This document shows, one piece after another, positions 25,201 to 37,439 of a DNA stretch of 64,000 nt. The translations under genes were made by a program, and so were the position numbers. The DNA is taken from assembly GCA_011109175.1 (NCBI GenBank), contig RDEW01000019.1, positions 48,038 to 112,037 of the forward strand, written 5' to 3'. The DNA is from Dicyema japonicum. Taxonomy: Eukaryota > Animalia > Dicyemida. Position 1 is the first letter of the stretch. Each line of letters begins with the position of its first letter. The notes under the pieces are model-generated. The model was given only the letters and a program-made list of their open reading frames with translations, had not been told where the DNA came from and did no database searches.

Positions 25201-25972
25201 NNNNNNNNNNNNNNNNNNNNNNNNNNNNNNNNNNNNNNNNNNNNNNNNNNNNNNNNNNNNNNNNNNNNNNNNNNNNNNNNNNNNNNNNNNNNNNNNNNNN
25301 NNNNNNNNNNNNNNNNNNNNNNNNNNNNNNNNNNNNNNNNNNNNNNNNNNNNNNNNNNNNNNNNNNNNNNNNNNNNNNNNNNNNNNNNNNNNNNNNNNNN
25401 NNNNNNNNNNNNNNNNNNNNNNNNNNNNNNNNNNNNNNNNNNNNNNNNNNNNNNNNNNNNNNNNNNNNNNNNNNNNNNNNNNNNNNNNNNNNNNNNNNNN
25501 NNNNNNNNNNNNNNNNNNNNNNNNNNNNNNNNNNNNNNNNNNNNNNNNNNNNNNNNNNNNNNNNNNNNNNNNNNNNNNNNNNNNNNNNNNNNNNNNNNNN
25601 NNNNNNNNNNNNNNNNNNNNNNNNNNNNNNNNNNNNNNNNNNNNNNNNNNNNNNNNNNNNNNNNNNNNNNNNNNNNNNNNNNNNNNNNNNNNNNNNNNNN
25701 NNNNNNNNNNNNNNNNNNNNNNNNNNNNNNNNNNNNNNNNNNNNNNNNNNNNNNNNNNNNNNNNNNNNNNNNNNNNNNNNNNNNNNNNNNNNNNNNNNNN
25801 NNNNNNNNNNNNNNNNNNNNNNNNNNNNNNNNNNNNNNNNNNNNNNNNNNNNNNNNNNNNNNNNNNNNNNNNNNNNNNNNNNNNNNNNNNNNNNNNNNNN
25901 NNNNNNNNNNNNNNNNNNNNNNNNNNNNNNNNNNNNNNNNNNNNNNNNNNNNNNNNNNNNNNNNNNNNNNNN
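25201..25972. other. Assembly gap (N run)
   Basis: 772 N; ORFs in the track spanning it are artefacts. Other gaps at 26210-26267 and 41479-41850. Confidence 1.
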
Positions 25973-26209
25973 AGGAGGTGGAGACCCAGTTCGTCCGATA
26001 GACAGCCACATTTGCACTTCGATTTGGTGCAAACAGGCAATCCGAGGTGTAGACATACAGCTGTACGAAGGGAGTCATCATCCAACAATCCACCAACTTC
26101 TTGACATGGGTAAACCCCAAGCCAAGATCCATCAACCGCCTCCCTCGAATTTTGGAAACCATCCAAGCGATGTCCAGAGAGCCGGCTGACTAGGTTGGAT
26201 GCCAGAGCA
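25973..26209 (-). mobile_element. CRE-like non-LTR fragment (pre-zinc-knuckle region)
   Basis: GSWLGVYPCQEVGGLLDDDSLRTAVCLHLGLPVCTKSKCKCG. Confidence 0.85.
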
Positions 26210-26267
26210 NNNNNNNNNNNNNNNNNNNNNNNNNNNNNNNNNNNNNNNNNNNNNNNNNNNNNNNNNN

Positions 26268-26410
26268 TTTCGTGGCGGTCTGGCACTGGGCGCCACCTAA
26301 ACAGGTGGATCACATGACGCCACTATAATAGGAAGAAAGAAGAAGAACAGGCGAACAGAACTGAAACTTCAGCCAACTAGCCACGAAGCCCTACATGGCG
26401 CTACGCGGCT
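26268..26410 (-). mobile_element. SINE-A copy (5' half, adjoining gap)
   Basis: Sense strand starts AGCCGCGTAGCGCCATGTAG and contains CCACCTGTTTAGGTGG. Confidence 0.8.
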
Positions 26411-26540
26411 AAGTTAAAATCCTTGATTATTTTGATTGTCTTGTTGCGTAATAAATTTATAAATAAATTTAAATATAATAAATATGATATTTTCTCGTGT
26501 TTTCTCGACCTTGGTTTCAAATGCTCTCAAATGTCAGTCT

Positions 26541-28957
26541 ATGCTGTATTAAATCGCACTAAAAAATAGAGGACGGAAAATTCCTTATTTGTTACCATGC
26601 CAGTGGCGTTCCGTTGTGCGGTCTCCCTCATGGCGTGGTTTTGTGAGTGGTGGGATTCTTTTGGCCTCTTCTCCCGTTCTATTCCGTCCCCTTGATGACA
26701 AATCCCATGACAGTCATTCTCTGAAGCCGCAGAAATTGCTTGTTAAACATCTCTTATGTGATTGGTGGATCGCTTTACTTGCTATCATCTTTGCGATCAT
26801 TGCTGTTTGCATAAATGTATCAGTTCCCATTCAGATGGGGTCCCTCGTTAACCTGATCATTTCCCTTTCAGATTCTAGTTCGTTCATTCGTCTCATTGGT
26901 CCGGCAAAGAGTCTCCTGTTGTTATACGTCCTCGAAGGGACTGCCACTTTGGCATACATATACACGATTGGCTGTTATGGGGAGAGACTTTCCTGCAGAC
27001 TAAAAGTGGATGTGTTTGCCAACATTATGGGACGACATACACACTTTTTTGACGCCAACCGATCCAGTGAGCTGGTTAGCAGGTTGGATACTCTGGGTCA
27101 CAGTCAGAGCGACCTCTGATATTCAAGAATTCAAGAGCTTGTTGAAGCAATGCCTGACTGGGGGGATAAAATGCTTTACTCAAGTCGATTTTGATTCATT
27201 TTAGGTCCTCGGTTCCTTCATCGCCCTTTTTCGAATATCTGGTAGACTCACCACGGCTACCTTCGTCATCCTTCCCGTAGTCGTCTCTGCTGGACTGCTC
27301 CTTACATTGATCCTCAGCGAATTATCGGCCACGTGTCAGCTCCAGGTTGTCTGAATGACCCATTCTAGTTATCAAAATCAGTTGTGGTCGCAGATGAGGC
27401 AATCAAGCATATCAAGACAGTAAAAACACTCGCATTGGAGGAGAAGCTAGCATGGTGATATTTCTGACTTACTGTCAGTAACTACTCTCAAGAATGTGCA
27501 CGTGTCAGTCACCTAAATCAACAGTTGGCTTTCGGAATTGGTCTTTTCCAGGGTCTCTCAGATATTGTCTTGAAATGTAGTTTTTAATTTGACCCAAGCT
27601 CTTTCATTGGGAGTTATTTTTTACGGTGGAATGCTGCTGTCTTCCCAGTCCATTACACCTGGGGATCTTACGGCATACCTGACCTCTTTNGTCAGTCACC
27701 TAAATCAACAGTTGGCTTTCGGAATTGGTCTTTTCCAGGGTCTCTCAGATATTGTCTTGAAATGTTGTTTTTAATTTGACCCAAGCTCTTTCATTGGGAG
27801 TTATTTTCTACGGTGGAATGCTGCTGTCTTCCCAGTCCATTACACCTGGGGATCTTACGGCATACCTGACCTCTTTGGGATCTATTCAGAAGTATGGACT
27901 TTTTACTGACTTAGATCATTGGCCACATTTTCTCTGCTCTTCGGAAAGGTGGTGAAACTTAACGCAGCAGCTTCTCTGTTCACTCCTGTTACTTAGATGG
28001 TGATATTTCTAGTTTATTATTCGTATTGAGGGAGAAGAAAGTGGAGGAGGGGCTGTGATTTCGCCGAGCAAACTTCGAGGGAGAATACAGTTTAAAGATG
28101 TCTGTTTCACCTATCCCGGGAGACCGGATGAGGTACTTTTGGGAGCAAATTTTAGAAAGTGTTGGAAAATGTTTACTTGGATATTCCTTCTGGTAGTATT
28201 GTTGCACTGGTTGGCCAGTCTGGGGGAGGTTATGGGCATTTCTCACGTTCTAGGAAAATCCACTATTGTCAGTCTTATGGAAAGGCTCTACGACGTAGAA
28301 AGCGGGTCAGTATTACTAGACGGCAAGGATGTGCGGGATCTCGACCTAAAATGGTTGAGGGGGAAGGTTCTGGCCTATGTCAGCCAAGTAAAAGGTGGTG
28401 TTTTAGATTCCAGGAGCCTTGCCTGTTTGCTACTTCCATAAGAGAGAACATTCGGATAGGAAAACCCTCAGCCAGCGATGAGGAGGTGATTGAGGCGGCC
28501 AAAATGGCTGACGCCCATGAATTTATCTCTAAGTTTTCCAATGGTTACTCAACTCTGGTTGGGGAGGAAGGTCAAGCGCTTTCTGGGGGACAGAAACAGC
28601 GAATTGCCATTGCCAGGGCTCTCATAAAGGATCCTTCAGTGTTAGTTCTAGACGAGGCGACGAGGTCTCGATCTCTTTGACTTTAAGTGCCCTGGACTCC
28701 GAGGCTGAGCAGTCAATCTTCAAATCCTTAGACAAGATTTCAAAGGGCATGAGTTTTAATTTAGTGTAGGAAGGACGGTGATAATTGTTGCCCATAGACT
28801 GAGCACTATCAAGAATAGTGATATAATATATGTGATTGATAGTGGAAGAGTTTGTGAGGTTGAGGAGTCATCTCATGATTAGAATGGTACCCATACAAAT
28901 TTGATGTCTGCGAAGGGGTTGTATCACAAACTTGTTTACACACAAACTAATAATTAA
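26541..28957 (+). CDS. ABCB8: Mitochondrial half ABC transporter ABCB8, 14 introns of 21-26 nt
   Basis: [28 protein letters not shown], Walker [25 protein letters not shown], Walker [20 protein letters not shown]; 27691-27870 duplicates 27504-27689 across an N join. Confidence 0.93.
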
Positions 28958-28974
28958 CTTTTATTAATAAAATG

Positions 28975-29400
28975 AATCAAATTTCAATATCAAACAACCG
29001 AGGATTAGGTGCTACCCAATCGAGGTTGAAATCACGGAAGCCTGATAGATGGTCTTTGATATATATTGAGAATTGGTCTGGTAGCCTATGGTATCGTTGA
29101 TTCCTCCACGCTCTTTTCGAGATTGCGATTTTTCGGAGGCTGTCTAGATCATCTGTGTGCTCTAATGAAATTTTGACATGTTTTAGATCGATGTTTATTG
29201 TTGATGACAAAGTTGTTGTGGCTACTTTCTAAAAGCCCCCGAGCAGAAGAAGCATGCTTTCATAACATCGTAAGCAGGAACGGCATGAGACATCCGTAAT
29301 ATGTGGCCTAATCATATCCGTCAGATCTTGGTTTTTGATCACCATTGGATAGTTTTTCATGTTAGGCAATTGACGATATATTTTTTTTTAATTTTTTGCA
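28975..29400 (-). mobile_element. RTE-like LINE 3' fragment
   Basis: GHILRMSHAVPAYDVMK...DDLDSLRKIAISKRAW; homologous to 6530-7075 and 49140-49400. Confidence 0.7.
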
Positions 29401-29499
29401 ATATCAAACAGAATTGTTTTATCTTGGATATATTTTGGATTAATTAACATTACTGTTCTTATTTCTTGAAAATAAAGTGTGAGTTCTGCCTAAGGTGAG

Positions 29500-29890
29500 G
29501 TTTAAGTAATGGAAACATTACCTACTCCTTATCGAAAGGGGTGTTTTTTTAATAAATAGAAGCAACTTTTGTTGACACATATTCAAGCAGGAACCTTTTC
29601 AAATCGATTCTAACACCTGGAGCTGCTGCTTCAACCGCAGAAAACCTAAAAATCTAGAAATACTCTTGCCTCGGAGATTGGTACCGATTTACTCCTATTG
29701 CGGTCGAGTCATCAGAAGCCGTTGGTCCAATGACGACTGATTTTTCGCGAACTTAGAAGAATGCTTTCCAGAAAAAAAGGGATCAACGAGAATGGTTCTG
29801 GCTGAGACAAAAGATTGGAATGGCCATACTCCGAGGGAACTCGTTCGCGATCCACGCAGCCGGCTTTCTCAACTAACATTTGTTTCTTTG
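29500..29890 (+). mobile_element. CRE-like non-LTR 3' fragment (REL region)
   Basis: TFVDTYS...TPGAAASTAE...TPIAVESSEAVGP...WLRQKIGMAILRGNSFAIH. Confidence 0.85.
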
Positions 29891-30013
29891 TTAAATAAAA
29901 AAAATTAAAAAATAAATAAATTCACATAGATACAATACATATTTTTTTTAAATTTACGCATATTGAATAACGAAAATTAACTATCTTGCTATATGTGAGG
30001 CTCCTGAAATATA

Positions 30014-30120
30014 CTGTGGTGCTACATGGCTAATTGGTTGAAGTTTTCGGTTTGTTTTGTCTGTTCCTCTTCTATTCTTTCTTACTAGAATGGCGTCATG
30101 TGATCCACCCGTCTTAGAAC
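30014..30120 (+). mobile_element. SINE-A copy (5' part), inverted relative to the neighbouring copy
   Basis: GGCTAATTGGTTGAAGTTTTC...TGGCGTCATGTGATCCACC. Confidence 0.7.
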
Positions 30121-30172
30121 ATGCCCCTTTTCAACGATTAGCTAAATAACTGTCCTTTACTTTGAAATAAAA

Positions 30173-30499
30173 TTATTATTATTTATTTATTAACCCCGGA
30201 TACACCGAGAAGTTAAAGTAAACAACTAATTAAGTGTATCCAGTTTCCATTTTTACAAAAACAGAGTTCATCCAGAATCAACATAAAAGGTAAGACGTCC
30301 ATTACATGCAGTTGTGGAAACCCCTCCAGTGGAGTGGGGGAGAGCTAATGATCCTTTTTCGTGCCGACCTGGCACTGAGCGTCACCTAGACAAAGGGATC
30401 ACATGACGCCACTATAATAGGAAGAGTAAAGAGGAAGAGTCAAGCAATCAGAAAACTTCAACCGATTAACCACGCACCACCACATGGCGCCACGCGGCT
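30173..30499 (-). mobile_element. SINE-A, full length (about 320 bp) with (TAAA)n-like tail
   Basis: Sense strand runs from AGCCGCGTGGCGCCATGTGG to TCCGGGGTTAATAAATAAATAAT. Confidence 0.8.
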
Positions 30500-30624
30500 C
30501 TTTATCAATACCCTAAGATCTATGTTCCATGTGGAGATGTAAGTACTTCGTAAAAAGCTGTTATTATTAAAAGGATGCAAATAAAAAAAATAAAAAGAGA
30601 GTTTAAAAAATTAAACAAAATAAT

Positions 30625-32346
30625 TTAGATTGCTAGAGTCCTCATACTCAAAAGCTGGGAGACACAATTAGCAGTCAGTCTGGAAGATGCATCTGGCTCC
30701 CAACAGGCATTAATAAGCTCACAAAAAATCCGGAACTCCTACCAAGTAAAAAGCAAACAAACATGGCTGATTGTCCATTCTATCAGCATAGGAGGCCTGT
30801 CCTTCAATCTCCCGACATTATCCTGCATATTCTCGAGCGTGCATTCGTACTTCGAATAAGGGGGAGAATAGTCAAGTCCACCAAAGATAAAAAAACACCA
30901 AACCCGCATTAGAGAGCATCTCCCACACTACCAGCGAAAAGGCATACATGTCGATTGCCAAATATGATAAGTGAGAGCTGTCTACGACTCCCATCAACAA
31001 CTCTGGAGCCATATATCGGACGTCCCCCACCAAAATATAAACCAAAAACTACCTGCGTTCGAATCCGTGGATCTTCACAGCCATCAAAAGCCACTGCTTG
31101 GCTCAGATCGGAAATATGAGCAGAAAACAAATCCCGACTGGCCATCTTGACCAATACTTTTGTCGATTTAATATTCCTGTGAGCAATGGGGGGCTTTCCG
31201 TTCCTCCTCTCGTGAAGATAGGCGAGTCCATTAACGAAGGACCAAACCAGATGAAGTAGTTGATTTCCTGTGAGCAATGGGGGGCTTTCCGTTCCTCCTC
31301 TCGTGAAGATAGGCGAGTCCATTAACGAAGGACCAAACCAGATGAAGTAGTTGATTGTAGTTGAACCTGAATGAGTTTTGACTGACCAAATCAAAAACTG
31401 ATCCCAGGGGGAAATACTCGAATGCAAGGGAGAAGGGGAAGACTTGGTCCTCCATATAGAAGAGGTAGACCAGACTTAACACATTTGGCGAAAGAAATAA
31501 CTCGTCGTGTGCAAGAATATCATGGATTTCCAATTCACTTAGCAAATGAGAAGATTTGGCAGATTTGAAGAACACCAAAGACCCACCAAAAGTTCCTTTA
31601 CTGAACATCTTCGATGAAGTACTCCACTAAGGTTTACGACTGCCAGTACAAGTAGCTTTCGGTGTATTGGTGGCACTTTCATCGCTCTTTGCACCAAAAG
31701 TTCCTTTACTGAACATCTTCGATGAAGTACTCCACTAAGGTTTACGACTGCCAGTACAAGTAGCTTTCGGTGAATTGGTGGCACTTTCATCGCTCTTTGG
31801 ATCAAATTTCTGTCATTCAGTCGCTCTACGTTTCTGCTGAGGACGAAGGAGCGGGCAGAGTAGAGGAAAACGAAGATGACACATCCCAGGATGACTGCAA
31901 CACCAATCCAGACACCGAAAGTGGGGGAATTTAAACCTCTAATAAACTAAATGCTGCCACTTTCAATCACAGGGGGTTTTACGGTTTTGGGAATCATGGT
32001 AGGTCCCCTTTTGCCAGAGTCGGTGAATGAGACGTTATTACAGCCATCAGAATAGCAGCAACAGAGATTGATCCCTCCCTCCATTAATTGGCATAAAGAA
32101 GGAGAGGGGCACATTTCATAGGAGCTACACCCAAGTGAATACTAGATTTAGCATTAAATAAACTATTGTGGCGTTTGATGCCGACCTGACTAGTAAACAA
32201 GCCGAATTTGTGTCAGGGGGACATTGCTTGAGGGTAACTTTGGAAATGCTGTTTGCCTTATAGTAGCAATAGAGGAGGGAATAAATTTCTAAAATGTTAT
32301 GTGATTGATTGCCTGTTAACAAAATAAGTAGGAAGTGGAACTTCAT
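30625..32346 (-). CDS. ACVR2-like: TGF-beta family type II (activin receptor-like) Ser/Thr kinase receptor, probable pseudokinase
   Basis: Signal peptide, Cys box CCCYSDGCN, TM helix GVWIGVAVILGCVIFVFLY, KPPIAHRNIKS, QVGDVRYMAPE, IDMYAFSLVVWEM, CWEPDASSRLTA; no GS box; two internal tandem duplications (91 and 108 nt) probably from assembly. Confidence 0.85.
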
Positions 32347-32857
32347 TGAGAACTACCGCACTAAAATAAATCCCACAATTTTATATTTTATAAAATTATA
32401 AAATATTAAAAATTATTTATTTTTTAAGCTAAACGACATCGCTCTTAAAATTATATGGTTTTTTGATCATTATCAAATTTTTTTGGTTAAAGTTGACATC
32501 CCTTTCTTGCACAAATGTCTTTTTTCACATTTGATATCTACCAGCCCATTCTCTCTTGGCATCCTAAATACCAGAGGACTATGGACTTGGATTTGCATTC
32601 CATCACACAAACATAAACCCTATTTGCGACGAACCTTTCCTTTATAAGTTCAATGTCCGGGGGCTTTCCAATGTCTGAGAAAGAAAAACACTTTGTGGAG
32701 ACTTGTAAAATATTTTATGCTTTCATGGGACTAAACTAACGGATTTAACAAGGAAATTATTATTCATCTGCATTAATTTGTAATCGATTTGTCCACTGAT
32801 CGTATTTATATGGTAAATCGAATAATTTCCGTTATTAACCTTTAAATCGTTGAATAA

Positions 32858-33825
32858 ATGGAAGTCGAAAAAACTGAAAAACTTGACAATTTACAAATTT
32901 CAGACCAACCAAAAAAAATAGAGGATTCCGGAAACAATCTGTTGGCATCAATTTTGAATTTTTTTACCCTCATCATCGTCATTGCTATGTTCCCCATCTT
33001 CATATGTTCCACTGTCAAAGTTATATTTGAATATCAACGTGCAATTATTTTTCGACTTGGTCAAGCCATAAGTCGAGTTCCGAAAGGACCAGGTTGAACT
33101 CATCCATGACTACTCTAGGAATTTTTTGCGTAAATCCAATCATCGATAGTACAAAAGTTGTTGACACGAGGACCGTCTATCTGGATGTCCCCCCACAACA
33201 GGTACCAAAACCAAATATTCCAGATAATCACTAAAGATTCGGTTTCTGTAACTATGGATGCTGTGATTTTTTATCATATTTTTGATCCGGCTTCTTCTTT
33301 ATTGAACGTGGAAAATTATATGACTTCGATTGAGCTATTGGCCAGCTCGACTTTGAGAAATTCTTTCGGCACATTCACTTTGAACGAAATTCTTAATAGG
33401 AAGCAGGAGTTGATTGAAAAAATAACGGTGACGGAGTAATTTCTATAGTTTAGGTAGACCTAAATGACGTCACTAATCAGTGGGGGGTCAAAGTTGAATT
33501 CGTTGAAATGTAATTTATCCCATATATTTAAGCAAAAATGTGAATATTCCCAAAGACATGCAGAGATCATTCGCTGCAGAGGCTAAAGCTCTTCAAAGCG
33601 CGAAATCAAGAGTAGAATGTTGAGGCACAAATCTATTAGATAATAGCAGCGAAGGCGGAGAAGGACTCATCCGAAGCTCTGAGAGTTGCCTCTGAAATGA
33701 TTTCGAGTACTCCGATAGCAATGCAACTGAAATACCTTCAAAGTCTTGCCAATATCTCAAGGGAGAAGGAAACTACAATTTTATTTCCAATTCCCATTGA
33801 TTATTCAGTACTTTTATCAAAATAA
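32858..33825 (+). CDS. STOM-like: Stomatin/band-7 protein, 5 micro-introns
   Basis: Hairpin membrane segment with FP, EYQRAIIFRLG, VDTRT...VPPQQIITKDSVSVTMDAV, WGVKVEFVEIK, AMQLKYLQSL; 3' end duplicated at about 33883-34048. Confidence 0.92.
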
Positions 33826-34059
33826 TTCATTTCCTATTCTTTGTATTTTCGCGGGAAATTAAGAGTAAATATGAAAATTTAATAGCAATGCAACTGAAAT
33901 ACCTTCAAAGTCTTGCCAATATCTCAAGGGAGAAAGAAACTACAATTTTATTTCCAATTCCCATTGATTATTCAGTACTTTTATCAAAATAATTCATTTC
34001 CTATTCTTTGTATTTTCGCGGGAAATTAAGAGTAAATATGAAAATTTAATGATCCTCAC

Positions 34060-34440
34060 CCTGATCGTTAGCCTAGTGATTGATAGGTCAGAAGGTTGAG
34101 TTGGTCACGTGCTCTGGTGGGCTATGGCTTTGTTCGTGTGAGATCTGTCTTTATCTTATCAAGATAGATTTAACCTCCAGACCTCTCTTAATGGCCTCGG
34201 GAGACATTGGAAATTCCAGGACCAATGTTTGGGTATTAACTCCAGAATCACAAGAGGTCTAGAGTTATTGTCTAAGTTAAGTGACAAAGGTGTACATACC
34301 AGGGTTTCTTCTGCTGTTAGTTTTAGAGTCCTGGATTAATCTCCACAAAGGGGAAGGTTTCTCCTCATATCTCGAGCTGACTTACAAATATAATCTGACT
34401 TCCTGCCAAGGGGATTTTCAGGAGACTGTAAGGAAGAGGA
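34060..34440 (-). mobile_element. RTE-like AP-endonuclease fragment
   Basis: RRNLPLCGD and LDNNSRPL...PLREVW resemble the endonuclease GDxN and NDNG...KLWTW region; homologous to 18370-18580. Confidence 0.5.
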
Positions 34441-35039
34441 AAAAAACTTTTTTACACGCCTCCCTTAGAAAAAATATACACTCTTGCGCGTCCCTTTATA
34501 TTCCATAATACAAATATTATTTTTAGCAGAAACAATTTTTAACACAAAAAAGTTAATGAGATAAATTTTTTTTTCATTTTTGACAGTTTTTGAAATCTGT
34601 GTCATTGATGAGTCGTAGCTCATTATGAACGAGTACGATATTTAGATTTCATTCCGTCTAGTGCAGAAAATTCAGTTTCGCATAAAAATAAGGTAACAAA
34701 TGGCAACAAAACTTTCATTGCTTTTACAGCCAAATTTCATATTCTTTACATCGATTCATGAATTAGTGGATCTTTCTCAAATTTTTTGTTTCAATATTGA
34801 ATCACATGACAATTCTATCAATTTTTATTTCAAATTGTCGATACAAATTCATTATCTTTTTCATCAATAAATGAATCGATAGATTTTATTAACAGAACGA
34901 ACTCGTTACTAATCAAAAACTAATTAAACAGAGGGAAGCCAATGAGTTTGTCCAAGTTGATGAGGTCTGGTATAACGAGACACCACATGTCTCCTCTTCG
35001 AATTTTTGACCCCTTGGGCCAAACAAGAATTATTTTTTT

Positions 35040-37420
35040 TCAAGTGGTGAACATTTTCTCAATAGATCTTGCACGTTTTTCATAACTAGGCGGTAATTTA
35101 GATTTTAAATCAATTCTATATGCCAGTTTAATAGCATATCTCCTCGATTTATCAAGAAGCTCTACAAGAATACTTCTCTCATCACTTTCAAACCATCTTC
35201 GGAAGCCATAAATCAAGAATGGTTCTATACAAGCTGTATACACATAGAAAAAAGTTTCCGGACTCAATCGAAAACGTAGAAGCGATATCAACATCACTGT
35301 TTTTTCCTTTGAATTTACACAAACACCAAGGTATTGCAACTGATCCATGCATTTGATTACCCCAGTGCTAATACAAATTTTTGACTTATTTTTGTTATTC
35401 ACAATCCATGAAGCAGTACAATTTTCAGGAGATAAGGATAAACCTTTATTTCGGCACCAACATTTAATTTTTCGATATGTGTTGAAACACGTTTCCAGGA
35501 AATCGATTTATTAATACTTTGATAAAGCTCAAGTATATTATTGGCATAAANTTTCAGATGATAAGGATAAACCTTTATCTCGGCACCAACATTTAATTTT
35601 TCAATATGTGTTGAAACACGTTTCCAGGAAATCGATTTATTAATACTTTTCAAGCTCAAGTATATTATTGGCATAAATAAGCATTTTCGAATTTAAGTGT
35701 TCAACTTCGGAATGTCACACATAACACAATTGAATAAGAGGGGACTTTAGACAGACCCTTGTGATACCCCTCTTTTAACAAAATTTTCTTCGATATATGA
35801 TTTCCTACACGTATAAAAGATTCTCTACCAGAAAGAAAATCCTTCATTTACACTAGTGCCTTGCTCCCAACATCAAAATTTGACAGTTTTCAATAACCCA
35901 GCATGCCAAACGCTATCAAAAGCCTTAAATATGTCTAGACATACGGTCGTAACACATTCTCTATTCTTCTTAGCAACACATATAAAAATTGATAATATTG
36001 AGGAACAATCTCCAGTCCTTCCAGTGGGGCGATAACTCCACTGATCATCGAGAAAAATTTGTTAGCTTCAATATACTTTGATAAGTTGTTAAAAATAATT
36101 TTTCAATGATTTTCAAGATACTGCATATCAGGCTTATTGGCCTAGTGTTCTCTGGATCCAAACTAGATTTTCCCTTCTTCGGGATCATCCGTACAAAAGA
36201 CTTCTTCCACGTAGAAGTAACACGTCCAGAACACCACGAAGAATTAAACAAAGCCCACAACGTTTTCAATAATGGCATTCCAGCATTTTTGAAAACAGTC
36301 AGGGGGAGATTATCTACTCACGGAGCTTTATTTTTGCATCCATTAATAGCAAGAATTATCTCATCAATAAAATTCGTTCCACACAAAGACCCCTCCACAA
36401 GCAAGGATGGCTCCTCTTCAAGAAAACTAGTTTGTATGCCTCGGGGAATAATTAACAGAGGATCCAATTTTTGTACCTCTGCAAGCTGTTGTCTTAAGAC
36501 ATCTGGAACTTTTTCGAGATCCGAGAGCCGCCACGAGACTTTATATTTATCTCTTCACCTTTCCTATCCAAAAAATTCAATTTCGAAAAAAAGTTAGGAT
36601 TATTACGATAGAGTTGGAGCATTCTCTCCTCCATCTATCTTCAATACTTTTTGATGCTTCCATCAATACTCTCTTTATAAACTTGATCCTCTCTTTAAGA
36701 CTGTAAGAATCTTGTGGATCCCAACATCGCCTTAATTTCCTTCCAAATTTCTCATTTCACGAAACAAACGACCAAAAACGGGTCCAGTTTGCAGCTCCAA
36801 AGTTCGAGGTAAGTGATCACTCCCTATATCATTTTCGATATAGGGCAATCCGCTTAATAAAGCGAGGTTTTCTTGCATAACGAAAATATCCAATCTATCA
36901 GCACTCCGTTGTTGGAAATGATTAAGTTCCTTAGACGCAAAAACCTCTAAGTTTTCTGATTCCATTATTTCCAATAAACATTTGTCGTCAGAGTTAGTTT
37001 TCACACAACCAAATGCAACATTATTGCATTACAATGTCCCACAAGGATTGGGTTTTCATATTAGCTATTATAGTCCTTGAATAATTCCTTAATCTTTTGG
37101 AGTAAATTCCAACCAATGAAAGTGTAAACATCAATGCATAATAATTCGCAGACACTCTCTTCTATAATTCTTAGTAATCGCATTTTAATACTCTTTTTGT
37201 AGAAAATAGAGGTGCTTGTACCTGGGACGCCATGTAATATCAATCGAATTATAACCCGGGATGATAATAATCCCAGGTTTTGGTCCCTGCATAGATTTAT
37301 TGAGNGTAATCGCATTTTAATACTTTTTTTGTAGAAAATAGAGGTGCCTGTACCTGGGACGCCATGTAATATCAATCGAATTATAACTCGGGATAATAAT
37401 AATTCCAGGTTTTGGTCCTT
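35040..37420 (-). mobile_element. Decayed LINE ORF2 (endonuclease plus RT), Jockey/L2-like
   Basis: DRLDIFV...IGSDHLP; MIPKKGK...NTRPISLICSILKIIEK; GVSQGSV*SPLLFN; YANNI; LQYLGV. Confidence 0.88.
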
Positions 37421-37439
37421 GCATAGATTTATTGAGTAT

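Noticed and set aside
25090-26313. Long ORFs in the track (407, 296, 322 aa; also 41312-42007)
   Set aside because: They consist mostly of X from N gaps.
31174-31800. 91-nt and 108-nt tandem duplications inside the receptor kinase, and similar N-free duplications (about 4231-4500, 33715-34048, 39020-39262, 60730-61010)
   Set aside because: Same size range and style as the N-joined duplicates, so probably gap-filled overlaps. Not counted as evidence of pseudogenisation without read support.
22304-32790. AATCGATT (DRE-like) motif upstream of CRTC and stomatin
   Set aside because: Absent upstream of the other genes and expected by chance in AT-rich DNA.
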